64,000 nt of DNA from Octopus bimaculoides (Eukaryota): the NCBI RefSeq assembly GCF_001194135.2, contig NC_068981.1, positions 58,378,707-58,442,706 on the forward strand, in the 5' to 3' direction. Positions 28,271-40,199 of this stretch are shown here, in pieces. A model generated the notes under the pieces. The model was given only the letters and a program-made list of their open reading frames with translations. It had not been told where the DNA came from and ran no database searches. The stretch's first letter is position 1; every line of letters starts with the position of its first letter. A program made the position numbers and the translations under genes.

Positions 28271-29919
28271 AAAAACGAAACCTTTTTAAATACTTTTGAT
28301 TTAAAAAGAAATCATTTCTATTTTCTAGAATTATTTTATTCTAACTTGAATTTTTTTTATTTTTTGGTATGTCTATAATAAAAATAGCATAACATAAAAT
28401 ATCAAATTTCTCCTAAAAATGTACCAATCTATATATGTCTGCAAATATTAGTAGCGGTGGTGGTGGGGACAAACGATAAAAAGACATAGAAAGATGAGAA
28501 AAATTCTGTTGTCGCTTAGTAGGGCTTCAAACATTAATATATCGTTAGTTTTTTCATATATTATGTTATGTTAGCATATGTTTATTTTATAATCAATTAT
28601 AAAACTCCACACAATCCCATGCATCATATATATATATATATATATATATTGACATATATTATCATATATTTATATTATTATCAGATATTTATATTGCTAT
28701 CATATTAACAGGCTCCACACAACTGTATCACATGCGTGGATTGAACGTTGTTGTTGTCTAGGGGTTTTAACGTCAGAACATGTATTCTATATTATATTCC
28801 TTCTATATCAGTTACATTACACAATCGAATATTTGTGATCAAATATTGCAATATGTTAATGCCTGGCTCCTTACTTTCTTTCGCTTTATTAGTAAAGTTT
28901 GGTTTGTTGTTGCTATGACATGATTTATGCGACTTGGAATATTTTCTGACGCTAATTATTACTTAGATACTCTATGAAAAAAAATTTTTTTAATCCGTTG
29001 AAGAATGTGTAAATAATGATTTTTTTTTAATTATTTATTCTATAACGAAAATAACTCGTATTTAACATATACAGCTGATGGTTACATTTGAACGTAGCAT
29101 TCCGAATTCGTAAAAACGTTACTCCCAAAGCCAGATTAACCTAACAATAAAATTGCAATTGCTCCAGGTCCCGCGTTTCCAGGGACTGGCGTTAATAGCT
29201 CTCAGTTCTGATCGGTGGTTCTGCACATGCTCTTCTATCACCATAATACTATATTGCCTTCAAATTTATGAATGATTGGTTTATTTGATTTAAGGTTGAC
29301 CCAATATACGAGATACTTTCGAGATCCAATAAAGTTTTAATTAAATTACAATAATGAAGTTGAATGGCAATGTAAGTAGACAAACTTTTTGTTGGATGTT
29401 AATTGATAGACTTGCGATTCTGTCTCAATTTCAATGCATTAAACTTATGCAATAATGAACTTTATTACTATTTTTTTGTTTCACAAATAAGATCGGTTGA
29501 ACGAATCACATTTATAGAAACAATCATGTTAACCATCTTCATTAAATTAAATTGAGATTTCTCAGACAAGAAAAAAGTCATCGTGTACAGTTCCTGCTTT
29601 AACATTATGCCATTAAATAAACACAACTAACAAGTTTAAATTCATATTCTTTTACTTGTTTCAGTCATTAGACTGCGGCCCCATCCACACATATATCCCC
29701 GTCCCCACAAAAAATTATCTTATATTAGGAGTATATATCGTGAGAGCAATCGCGTGAAACAGTTCCCCTGCCTAGTAGTTAAATACCCGCAATGTTTCGA
29801 GACAATGTCATCTTAGCAACATTATAGATACCCCGGGCAAAGCAATGCACCGAAGCCTATAGTAATCGCTTATTGATAACAAGTCAAAGTGTAGAAAGAT
29901 TAGCATTAGGTCCTTAAAC

Positions 29920-30560
29920 TGGAGACAAGTGCCACTAATTTGTAACATGAAAATAAATGGAACAACCTTCAAAGAAGTCGACAGCTTTAAATATTTGCAA
30001 ACCGTCATATTACATCAGATAAGAAAAACAGTAATGAGACAAAGGATTGAGCAGCACAAGGCTGCTTTTAATGAGTCCAGGCACATATTGTTAGATAAAC
30101 GGATGTCAATAAGAGTGAATAAAAGGTTCCTCGGGGTACGTATCCTTCCATATGGCTGTGACTTGGAACATGAACAAACAAGTGCAACAATATATCAACT
30201 TTTTAGAGATGTAGTGCCATTGACGAATGCTTACGGCGCCCTGCACAGATAAAGTGACAACTGTCGAAGTCTTTAGACGAGCAGAAACCAGCAGAAAGCA
30301 TCTCAACAACATCAGGAGGCAACAAGTGAAGGACACTGGGTACCATACGGGAAAGCAAAACCTTGAAAGCTTGGTGACAACTCATAAACTGAAAGGAAGA
30401 AAAAGCTGGAGAAAGCAAACAGTGAAAATTATTGATGGTTTCACCAGCTGGCTACCGAAAGATAGATGCGGTAACGTGTTAGGTTGTATATAGGACAGAA
30501 GCGGGTGGAGGTCCATGATCACTGACGCCTATAGACGTGGCACACGAAGAATAAAAAGTC
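29920..30560 (+). mobile_element. RTE-clade LINE C-terminal fragment
   Basis: KINGTTFKEVDSFKYL, LPYGC, GHTGK..LESLVTT.KLKGRKSWRKQ, WRSMITDA-like ending. Confidence 0.75.
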
Positions 30561-31395
30561 GATGATGAGGAGTGGGGAGGAGGAGAAGAAGAGCAACAAC
30601 AACAAGATCAGAGATAATATTTAACTTGGGCATCCTAGTTGCTATGCATTAAGAATTTGGCATAATTGTTACAGCGTTTAAGCTTTGCTTTGAAACGAAA
30701 CCAGAAACTGTGCCTACCCATTCAAATTTGCCATAAACCAATCTTGGCTTTGAGGCATTGCTGAGAAGGTTTTTAATTTCAGCATACAAAAGGTAACCGA
30801 CTGGTAGGGAATGATTATGATTTTTGTTTTGTTTTTTTTTGTAAAATCGTGCATATTAGATGTTCATTAATAAAGACCCTTTCACTTTGGATCGACCCTT
30901 CAAACGTGTCATACGTTTCTGCATCATTGTGGAATGGGAGTCTTGCTTAAGTTTTCGTAAAGGTTACATCTATGGTGCAAGAGGGAATGCTAACATAATT
31001 TACTGGGTTTAAGCCGTCGTCTTGCAGAATTAAACTTCTTAATGTCTCAAATACGTTGGTTATCCAATAAATATCAAGCCTTAGGTCAAATTATACATAA
31101 CAAAATCTTTATATTCATTTCGATTACACCCATTTCCCATGCTAGCTGATCTGCATACATATCTCCTTTAAATGTGTAGTTAGATCCATAAAAAGTAATT
31201 GTTTTGACTCACAAATGGAAGGCGCATCTAGCAAATTGACTAGCATTATTTCCATATATCCTCGTGCTGTGCTAGATGATGATGATGTGTGTGTGTGTGT
31301 GTGTGGTTCAAATTTAAAGAAAACAAAAGACAGAGACAGGTGAGGGAACAAGCAAGTATATTAGTTTGACGCACTCGAAAAATGGGAAAAAAACT

Positions 31396-31423
31396 GACGT
31401 TTCGAATCTACGCTCTTCGACAG
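31396..31423 (-). ncRNA. Degenerate minimal hammerhead-ribozyme-like motif
   Basis: Minus strand reads CTGTCGA-AGAGCGTAGATTC-GAAACGTC against the core CUGANGA-stemII-GAAA..NUH. A6 is replaced by U and stem II is mispaired. Confidence 0.45.
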
Positions 31424-31468
31424 AAAGTGATGACAGGAGGAAAAAATGGAACTACAAATATATATATA

Positions 31469-32055
31469 NNNNNNNNNNNNNNNNNNNNNNNNNNNNNNNN
31501 NNNNNNNNNNNNNNNNNNNNNNNNNNNNNNNNNNNNNNNNNNNNNNNNNNNNNNNNNNNNNNNNNNNNNNNNNNNNNNNNNNNNNNNNNNNNNNNNNNNN
31601 NNNNNNNNNNNNNNNNNNNNNNNNNNNNNNNNNNNNNNNNNNNNNNNNNNNNNNNNNNNNNNNNNNNNNNNNNNNNNNNNNNNNNNNNNNNNNNNNNNNN
31701 NNNNNNNNNNNNNNNNNNNNNNNNNNNNNNNNNNNNNNNNNNNNNNNNNNNNNNNNNNNNNNNNNNNNNNNNNNNNNNNNNNNNNNNNNNNNNNNNNNNN
31801 NNNNNNNNNNNNNNNNNNNNNNNNNNNNNNNNNNNNNNNNNNNNNNNNNNNNNNNNNNNNNNNNNNNNNNNNNNNNNNNNNNNNNNNNNNNNNNNNNNNN
31901 NNNNNNNNNNNNNNNNNNNNNNNNNNNNNNNNNNNNNNNNNNNNNNNNNNNNNNNNNNNNNNNNNNNNNNNNNNNNNNNNNNNNNNNNNNNNNNNNNNNN
32001 NNNNNNNNNNNNNNNNNNNNNNNNNNNNNNNNNNNNNNNNNNNNNNNNNNNNNNN
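31469..32055. other. Assembly gap (587 N); other gaps at 11412-11421, 20686-20785, 26082-26270, 56662-56671
   Basis: Runs of n, most abutting (AT)n tracts. Confidence 0.99.
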
Positions 32056-32135
32056 TATATATATATATATATATATATATACAAATGTCGAACAGTGAGA
32101 ATGAGAGCTCAACACCACATTGATGGATAACTATT

Positions 32136-32250
32136 CTTTATTTGTGGGTTTACAAGGCTACCATTGGTTTCATGCCGAGGGATGAAACTAATATGGCAAG
32201 CTTGAAAATTGCATGATACCAATGGTAGCCTTGTTAACCTACAAATAAAG
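32136..32250. repeat. 115-bp hairpin: 40-bp inverted arms, 35-nt loop
   Basis: Arms 32136-32175 and 32211-32250 are reverse complements at 37/40 positions. Confidence 0.9.
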
Positions 32251-32629
32251 TGTGTGTGTGTGTGTAAAGTAACAAACTAAGGAAATTGCTTTCAGAGAAA
32301 GTAGTTGAAAAGTTAACACTGACGCTCATAATACATAGGCATTTGAATTAATTTTTTTACAATCCAACCGTCCTTTCACACAGAATTCCGTCTATCTTTA
32401 AATCTTAGCTCTGAGACTTATATAAGTGAATTGAATTGTTTATATAGCAAAATATGTATATAAGTCGAAACAAATTGTTGGCTATTTTGGTTTTTTAATG
32501 ATTTTTTTAATGTTATATTATATTATATTCATAGTATAATATAAATAAATTATTAGATTGTTAATTGTATCTATTTAATTCATTGTTTATATACACACAC
32601 ACATACACATACATACGCACGCACACACA

Positions 32630-35595
32630 CACACAGAGCCGTAATATACGACGTCGAAGAAGCCGTAACAATTTTGAAAATGATAAATAAGGAGGCAGTA
32701 AACTGGAAAGGCCAAACTTTAGAAATGGTCATACAGGCCTCAAATGAGACCCTGGAAGATTTGCCAGATAGGGTGTTTGTAGTGGCGGGGCAAACCATAA
32801 GAGTAGCCGTTGAGGGACGTAGGCCTCGTTGCTTCAAATGTGGAGACGTGCACCAAAACGAAAGACAACGAAGCCCCTCCCCAAAAAGTTGAAAAGAAAG
32901 CGAAGAAAACAAACGAGGATACGGAGAAGCCAGAGAAACCAAAGACTACTTCAGAAGGAAAAGCAGCGGCGGAAGAAACGAAAGAAATAAATGAAGCGAT
33001 GGACTTCACTACAGTGACAAACAAACGCAAAAAATACACCTTTCCGACTCCCCCTCCCAAACAAAAAACACCACAGACACACAGAATAAAACTCCCCAGC
33101 CCGACCCCAGGGGGAAACCTTTCACCAAACCACACGAAAAAGCTGTCGCGTATGTAGAGACAAATGTACCATTAAACACTGTAATAAGAGCGCACCATAA
33201 AGTGCATGTTTAAAAAAACAGCAGAAACGCCCCCAAACATCAGGTACGCGAAAATGAACGCTGGTCTGTTTTTTTTAATTTAAAGGAAGGTACCCAGACG
33301 ACATCCGGGCTGTTAACACAGAAATGGCTGATAAGAAATTTCTAATTAGTCCCGCGGCGACACCAAGAAAAAGTCCAGCGGCTACACCAACAAATGGAAA
33401 GGAAGGGGAGGTAGGCGAATTTGTGCAGCCCCTCCCCAAGCCCCAACAGTAAGTAAACCCTTTCTATTTCTACCATGGCGATTAAGTTAGGGTGCATAAA
33501 TGTGCGTGGGCTGGGATCGAAATGGAAACAATGTTGTCTCCTGGACGACCTCAGGCCACGGGATATAGACGTTTGCATTGCCACAGAGTCCAAGATGAGT
33601 GGGCCAGAAGCGTTCTCTCCTCTTCTAAACGGATATGAGAAATTTATTTCTCCTAGCCGACGAGGAGGGGCGTGGTGCTACTACTCAGGAAAACCTCAGA
33701 CTTACAGGTAAGTACAGTCTTTCTGGACCCAGAAGGTAGGCTGGTCGTCCTAGATGTGATTCACGAAAGTAAACAGTCCTTCAGGTTGGTAGCTGTCTCT
33801 GATCCCAAGGAGTGTAGGCAGTCAGGTTTTTATCGAGAACTAGAGCACTTTCTAGCGACGTCAAAAATGGTAGTTCTATTAAGAGACTTTAACACTATCC
33901 TCGATGCACGAGTGGATAGTGTTGGCTCGACTGGTAGGAGGGGAAATCCTGGCCTCAAGGGTCTACTAGAGAGCTATAATCTAGTAGACCGTTACAGACT
34001 GGATGAGCCGAGTGTTCCACAGTGGATGTGGAGTAATAACGACGGCTCACGCAGATCTTACATAGATAGGGTATTCGTTAGAGAAAGAGATAGGGATACC
34101 TTTAGCTGTCCACAATTTTGTATTGTGCCTTACACGGATCACTAATTTGTGGCGTATGAGGTACATATAGATAAATGTCTTACATATAGATAAATATCTT
34201 AGACAGGGACCCGGGTACTGGAAGATGAACAAGTCTATTTTGACTTGTCATGCCTTACGTACCCGGATTAAGGATTTAATACAGAGGGTATTATGTGACG
34301 CCATCATTAATAATAGATGGTGGCACGCCCACAAGAGAGCCATCCATTTAGAGTTTATTAGATTTAGCAATCAGCTAAGTTTAGATAGATCTAGAATAGA
34401 AAGGGAACTAGTTAAGAATTTAGACAAGGCTTTGGAATCTGGCTCTGCAGACAGAGTGCTGGCGGCGAGAACGGTCTTGTACCGTCACCTCAAAGCCAAA
34501 CACGAAGACTGCAGAGTTAGAGCTAAGCTACGTGAAGTGGGGCCGAGAAGGTATTAACATTACCGGATAGGTCCGTCGTGTGGAGTGTCAGAGGGGCAAA
34601 AAAGCCTCTATAAAGTTTTTAACTTATGAACAAGGGTGTAAGATCTATGAACAGGAAAAGATGCAAAAGGCCTTTCAACAGCATTTCGCCCGCTTGTTTG
34701 GGCAGGGCGACTCGCTTGAGCGTGGGGAGCCCTTAAAGGGTTTCCTCGCCAGCGGGCCACGACCCTTGGCACGTGATGAGGAATGCTGTCAAGGGCCGAT
34801 TACACCTGCGGAGGTCAAAGAGGTGTTGCCTGAGTGCACTGGGGGATAAGTCGCCGGGGCTAGATGGTCTATCCTATGAGTTTTATCGTAGCATGCCGGA
34901 CTGGTTTAGGGACCTGCTGGCGAGTGTGATGGCAACAGAATGGGAGGATTCCCAGCTCCTGGCGGCGATTCTCGAAGCGGTTGGGCTGGGTCCGGACTTC
35001 CGTAGGTGGATCTCCGCAATGTATAGCGGCATCAAATCCACCATTCAGATAAACGGCTACCTGTCGGAGCCGTTTTCGATCAAGCGCTCAGTTCGTCAAG
35101 TTTGTCCCCTGTCCCCGCTTCTGTACGTTTTGGCTCTTGAGCTATTACTGCGGAAGTTGGAGAATTTGGGACGTACCCCTAATGAAATCGGATGCAGTAA
35201 GTCGGTCTCTGCTTATGCGGATGACGTCACCATCATCGTGTCCAATGAGGCTCAGCTACCTTTGTATAGAGGACGTTATCAAAGGATACGATGTGGTGGC
35301 AGGGGCAAAAGTTAACAAGGACAAGTCCATCGGCTTGCTCCTCAGCACCTGGAGGAGCAAGCCGATATCGTCCAGTGCCGTGAGTCACTGGACAGGTGGT
35401 CCTGTTAGGTGCTTGGAGTTTGGTTTAGACTGGAATCCCAAACGGAGAAGAACTGGAGCGAGGTGGCAGACAGGGTGGAAGCGCTAGTTCGGACTTGGTC
35501 CGGACGAGCTCTATCCCTGAAAGGAAGGGCGGAGGTGGTACAGGTGTTTATCGCATCTGCAATCACCTACCGCCTAACCGTTGTCCCTTGCCCCA
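32630..35595 (+). mobile_element. Tx1/L1-clade LINE, ORF1 3' part + ORF2 EN/RT, decayed
   Basis: ORF1 zinc knuckle RRPRCFKCG. ORF2 MAIKLGCINVRGL, RDFNTILD, YIDRVF, YTDH, KSPGLDGL.YEFY, RQ.CPLSPLLYVLALE, SAYADDVT, LSLKGRAEV. Stops, frameshifts and an internal RT deletion are present. Confidence 0.92.
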
Positions 35596-36082
35596 CACTT
35601 GTCCCACACTCTCTCACTCTTACTAGCTCATTTTATTTCCTCTTACAACATCACTCTATTTCTTTCCGTAATTACTACTAACCAACCATACAAAGAAAAT
35701 CTGCGACATCTATCTTTACTTCGCATGCTTTACGATTTCATCACCTGCCCGTCGAGGTAAGGTAATGTATAATGTAACGGTAAAATAAATATTTTCTTCA
35801 CAACTTTAATCACTGTTCTTTCATCTGATTGCTGAATATTCTTGCTACACTACTGTACCTGAATTTAACATAGGTTCTTCAATAATTTATGATATTAAGA
35901 AATGTATGTTTATGTGTGAAGAGACAAATAAAGATATTGGTGTGTAGTAAACATGGAAAAAAATATTAATGTGCTGTTGATCACAAAATCCTAGGATTGT
36001 TAATGTCTTCACACTAAAGTTGGCGTCAATATGATTCTGTATGAGTGTGTGTGTGTGTGTGTGTGTGTGTTATTATTATTAT

Positions 36083-36136
<54 letters not shown>

Positions 36137-36139
<3 letters not shown>

Positions 36140-36470
36140 AGGCGCAATGGCCCACTGGTTAGGGCAGCGATTCCCAGACCGGGCGCTGTGAGTGTTTATT
36201 GAGCGAAAACACCTAAAGCTCCACAGGGGATAGTGGCGAACCCTGCTGTACTCTTTCACCACAACTTTCTCTCACTCTTTCTTCCTGTTTTTGTTGTGCC
36301 TGGTCAGCCTTGTCACATTGTGTCACGCTGAATATCCCCGAGAGCTACGTTAAGGGTACACGTGTCTGTGGAGTGCTCAGCCACTTGCACGTTAAATTCA
36401 CGAGCAGGCTATTCCGTTGATCGGATCAACTGGAACCCTCGACGTCGTAAGCGACAGAGTGCCAACAACA
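36137..36470 (+). mobile_element. tRNA-derived SINE
   Basis: tggaggcgcaatggcccactggttagggcagcg head, body shared with 20786-21090, ends caacaaca. Confidence 0.85.
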
Positions 36471-36672
36471 TATTATTATTATTATTATTATTATTATTTT
36501 ATGTTTGACTTTTGTTTTGCATTTGTACAAGTTGGATCCAAGTCTCACCCAGAGACCTCAAGAGACAACAAGTTAGAAGTTCATGTAGGTGTTATGCCTA
36601 GGGTACCATATATTTGAATTTGTACAGTGTTGTTCTAGAGGATGTTTAAGAAACCATAAGAAAATTATGTGT
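36471..36672 (-). mobile_element. R4/Dong-like LINE 3'UTR-only stub (array element A)
   Basis: Reverse complement ends ...gtcaaacataaaataataataat. It lies between two TAA tracts in the same orientation as its neighbours. There is no protein motif, so the assignment is by context. Confidence 0.5.
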
Positions 36673-37864
36673 TATTGTTATTATTATTATTATTATCATT
36701 ATTATTATTATTATTCAGTAGTCTTATTTTTATCACTTGCTTTCACTGCACTACCGAGCTCAGCTCTGTGTGCCTTGGGTATGTGCTGTGGTTTGTTGTA
36801 ATGTTCTTATTTTTACTGTATTGAAAATGTTTTGCGTAGGATGTGTGTGGTGCCTAATAGTGCTATTTTCTGTATGTTGTATATGCTTGTTAGTCCTGGT
36901 GCTTTTGAATTTTTTTTATCATACCTAATGCGCCTACTATGATAGGAATTGTTTCTATTTTCAGACTCCACATTCGAGTTGCCTCTATTTCCAGGTCTTC
37001 GTATTTTGAAAGTTTCTCCGTTTCTTTTAGAGAAACATTGTCATCTGTTGGTATTGATACATCGATTAGAAAGCATTTTTCTTTTCTTGGTGATCTCTGA
37101 CAACTATATCCGGCATATTGGCCTTAATTTCTATATCTGTGTGTATTGGCATATGCCATAGTATGGTTGCTCTCTCGTTTTATGTGACCTTTTCTGGCGT
37201 ATGCGTATACCATTCTTTTTCTGTTATTATTCCATAGTGTTGGCATAGCTTCCAGTGTATATTGGTCCCAACTCTGTCGTGTCTGTGAATATACTCCTTC
37301 TAAGCCAGGACTGGGCAGCCAGAGACAAGAGGATCCATTGTTTCTTGTCCATTGCCACATATTCTGCATTTACTTGTATTTCTTTTCATTACATGTTTTT
37401 GTTTTTTTGTTTTTTGGGGGTTTTTTGTAATTTCTGGTGGGAAAGCTTTGGTTTTGTGCTGCAATTAAAAATCCTTCAGTTTCTGCCTTGAGTCCTGAGC
37501 TTCTTAGCCATTGCTGGGATTTTGCTTTGTCTATTTCTTTTCTGTTTAATTCAACCCACTATTTGCCATGAAGGGGCTTTTCTTGCCATCGTTTTATTAT
37601 TATCCGTTGCTGTTTCAGTTTTAGTTTGGCTTTAAGTTGTTCTACAGCTTTTGTTTCTTCTTTTTCATCATAGTTGTTAGGTACTATGACTTCTTTTTTG
37701 CATTTGTCAGCTTCCTTAAAAACTGAAAACAGTTTTTTGTTTTGTTCGTGTTTTGTGGCTATTTGAAGTAGGTGTTTCTGTAGTCCTATGGTGGTTATTT
37801 TGTAATAGTTTTCTAGCTGTATAAGGTCTCTACCACCTTCGATACGTTGTATATAAAACTTTTC

Positions 37865-37866
<2 letters not shown>
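36673..37866 (-). mobile_element. R4/Dong-like (RLE-type) LINE 3' fragment (array element B)
   Basis: RWQEKPLHGKYW, CP.LA...HNRVGTNIHWKLCQHYG, PDIVVRDHQEK, EKLSKYEDLEI, IQKIALLGTTHILRKTFSIQ*, then 3'UTR and (TAA)n tail. Confidence 0.85.
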
Positions 37867-37920
<54 letters not shown>

Positions 37921-38073
37921 TTTATTTTTTATCATGACAGCCTCTTGGATAGTTCTTAATTACCGGTTATTCTTTACTTGAAAGCAAGCAACAACAAATC
38001 ACCAAAGGTTTCAAGTAGTGCCTTCTCCTGTAACTCAAAGAGACAATACTCTCCTCAGAATGCGAGCTATAAT
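37867..38073 (-). mobile_element. R4/Dong-like LINE extreme 3' stub (array element H)
   Basis: IARILRRVLSL* followed by a ~115-bp 3'UTR and (TAA)n tail. Confidence 0.7.
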
Positions 38074-39670
38074 ATATTATTATTATTATGTTGCTACTGC
38101 ATGCTAATCTACTTAGCGAATATTTTATCTTGAGGCATGGCGACAAGTCCCCTCAAATATCTAAAAATATTTCTTAGAATTATTGCAGAGTATACGATGT
38201 TACTTATCTGCAGATCAACAATGTGAATTTCAATCACAATTTCTTTCGGTCTTTTTGGTAGCATTTTGGGTGTTGTGCCATGTGCACTACTTGCTACAGG
38301 AATAATTGTTGTTAGCTCTCCGGCTAAATCCTGATATTTTTCAATTTTTTCAAGTGTCGACTCTGCTATCATAGAGAATTGCAAAATGCATGATCTTGTA
38401 GTGAAGTGGTTATACACCATTAGGTGTACTCCGCTTCCGTACATTAAACTTCTTGAAGAAACAACGGAACGCAGATTCTGAACTATCAACACAACAATAT
38501 TTGTTACAATAGAATTCGGCTCACACTTGGAGGGAATTCGGTATCTCGTCGCCTTTTGGTTACTGAGACGCCGTCAATGAAGTTGCGTGGTTATTTGTGT
38601 AGCTCTCGAGTTGGGTTGTTGGAGAGAGGCTGCTGCGACGTCTAGGCTCTTCGACGGCCAGCGAAGAAAGAGGGTGAAAGAAGCGCGAAAGCTTGGATGT
38701 CGATGACTACGCATGCGCATGAAACTCTTCCTGTATTCCTTCCGGAACTAGTCCCTGCGCATGCGTGGATAAAAACTCCGGAAATGTCGTCTGCTATAAG
38801 GCGTCACTACAATCTAACACTGTCTGTGTATTTTGTCTTCTTTTATCATGTCTGGTCTTCTTGCATCAGTAGTATGGTCGGTCTTTATGGAGAAGTCCTA
38901 CAAGATCCTGTAATTCTCATTTGTTATCACAGCCTCTGGTTCGTGTTCATACCACGTTTCTGTTATTTTGAAGCTACGCACTAGGCTAACATCCCAACAT
39001 ACTCTTTTGCCTACACATTCATGTCTGCGCTTATACTCCTTTTGTGCTAGTATACTTGCACTCATTCAGAATGTGGTTGATACTCTCGTCTCCTTTCATG
39101 TAGATTCTGCATTTGATATTTGACTGAGTTTTGTTGATTTTTGTTTTTGTCAGGTTTGTTCTAAGGGCTTGTACCTGAGCGGCTATAATTAGCGTTTCTG
39201 TCTCTCGTTTCAATTTTTCATCCGTCAGCCAAAGCTAGTGATTTTTATTTCCAGCATTCTCAGTCTGTTGCATGATTTGGCCATTCAGTTCCATTTCTTT
39301 CCATTTGTTTATTCTGTCTTCCCTTTTCTCTTTCAATTCTCCTACTATTTCATTCACTTTTTGGGTATCTGGCTGCGAAAGTATCCCTTCTTTACTCTGT
39401 AGAACATAATTTTTCAGACCAGTATTGCAAAACAGTGTCCTCTGCGTTTAGTAATCGTCTGCCACCTTCCTTTCTTGGTAGATAGAATCGGTCTACATTA
39501 CTTTTAGGATGGAGTGCGTTGTGCATTGTGAGCAGCTTTCTAATTCTTCTACACAAGTTCTGCAGCTCGACTTTTGTCCGTTTGAGATAGAGAGCAGAGT
39601 ATCTCAATATTAGCATAGCCCATGTATTTATGGCTTTAATATGTTCCCTCCTTCTAATTTTGGTTCGAAT
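38074..39670 (-). mobile_element. R4/Dong-like LINE 3' fragment split by a solo LTR (array element F/G)
   Basis: HIKAINTWAM.ILRYS, ALHPKSNVDRFYLPRKEGGR, ETETLIIAAQVQALRTN, KCR...DESINHILNEC, RPDMIKEDK | AILYDSRVDT, EKIEKYQDLA. Sequence is continuous once the LTR and one TSD are removed. Confidence 0.85.
38397..38811 (-). mobile_element. Solo LTR (Ty3/Gypsy-like), 415 bp
   Basis: TGTAGTGA...TCACTACA 8-bp terminal inverted repeats; 4-bp TSD ATCT at 38393-38396 and 38812-38815. Strand is inferred from promoter-like motifs at the high-coordinate end. Confidence 0.85.
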
Positions 39671-39710
39671 GTTGTTGTTGTTGTCGTCGTTGTTGTTGTT
39701 GTTGTTGTTC

Positions 39711-39923
39711 AAGGCGGCGAGCTGGCAGAACCGTTAGCACGCTGGACAAAATACTTAGCGGTACTTCGTCCGTCGCTACGTTCTGAGTTCATATTCCGCC
39801 GAGGTCGACTTTGCCTTTTATCCTTTCAGGTTCGATAAAATAAGTAGCAGTTGAACACTGGGGTCGATGTAATCGATTTATCCCTTCCCCAAAATTGCTG
39901 CCCTTGTGGCAAAATTTGAAACC
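39711..39923 (+). mobile_element. tRNA-derived SINE (same family as 42137-42350)
   Basis: aaggcggcgagctggcagaa head, gttc..attcc B-box-like, core ccgaggtcgactttgccttt.atcctttc.gg.tcgataaaataagta, ends ttgaaacc+att. Confidence 0.85.
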
Positions 39924-40199
39924 ATTATTGTTGTCGTTGTTGTTCAACATTTAATAGTTTCATGAAAATTTCTACTGCATCGCCTGCTACACCTCCGTGC
40001 TGCTGGGGTGTGTGCAGCATTGTGTGTTCTTTTCTGTTGTTGGGAGTGTATAAACTCTTCCCGGTATTGTATTGCATCAGTGTTTTTTTCTCTTGAGGAG
40101 TGATGCAGTCTTTTGTTGTATTACTGCTTATATTGTGTGTTGAGTGTGTAATGCGTTGGTTATCTAGCTTACTGGTGGAAGTTCATTTTACTTATTGCT

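Noticed and set aside
31366-32130. Long 210-254 aa ORFs in the ORF track
   Set aside because: They consist almost entirely of X from the 587-N gap.
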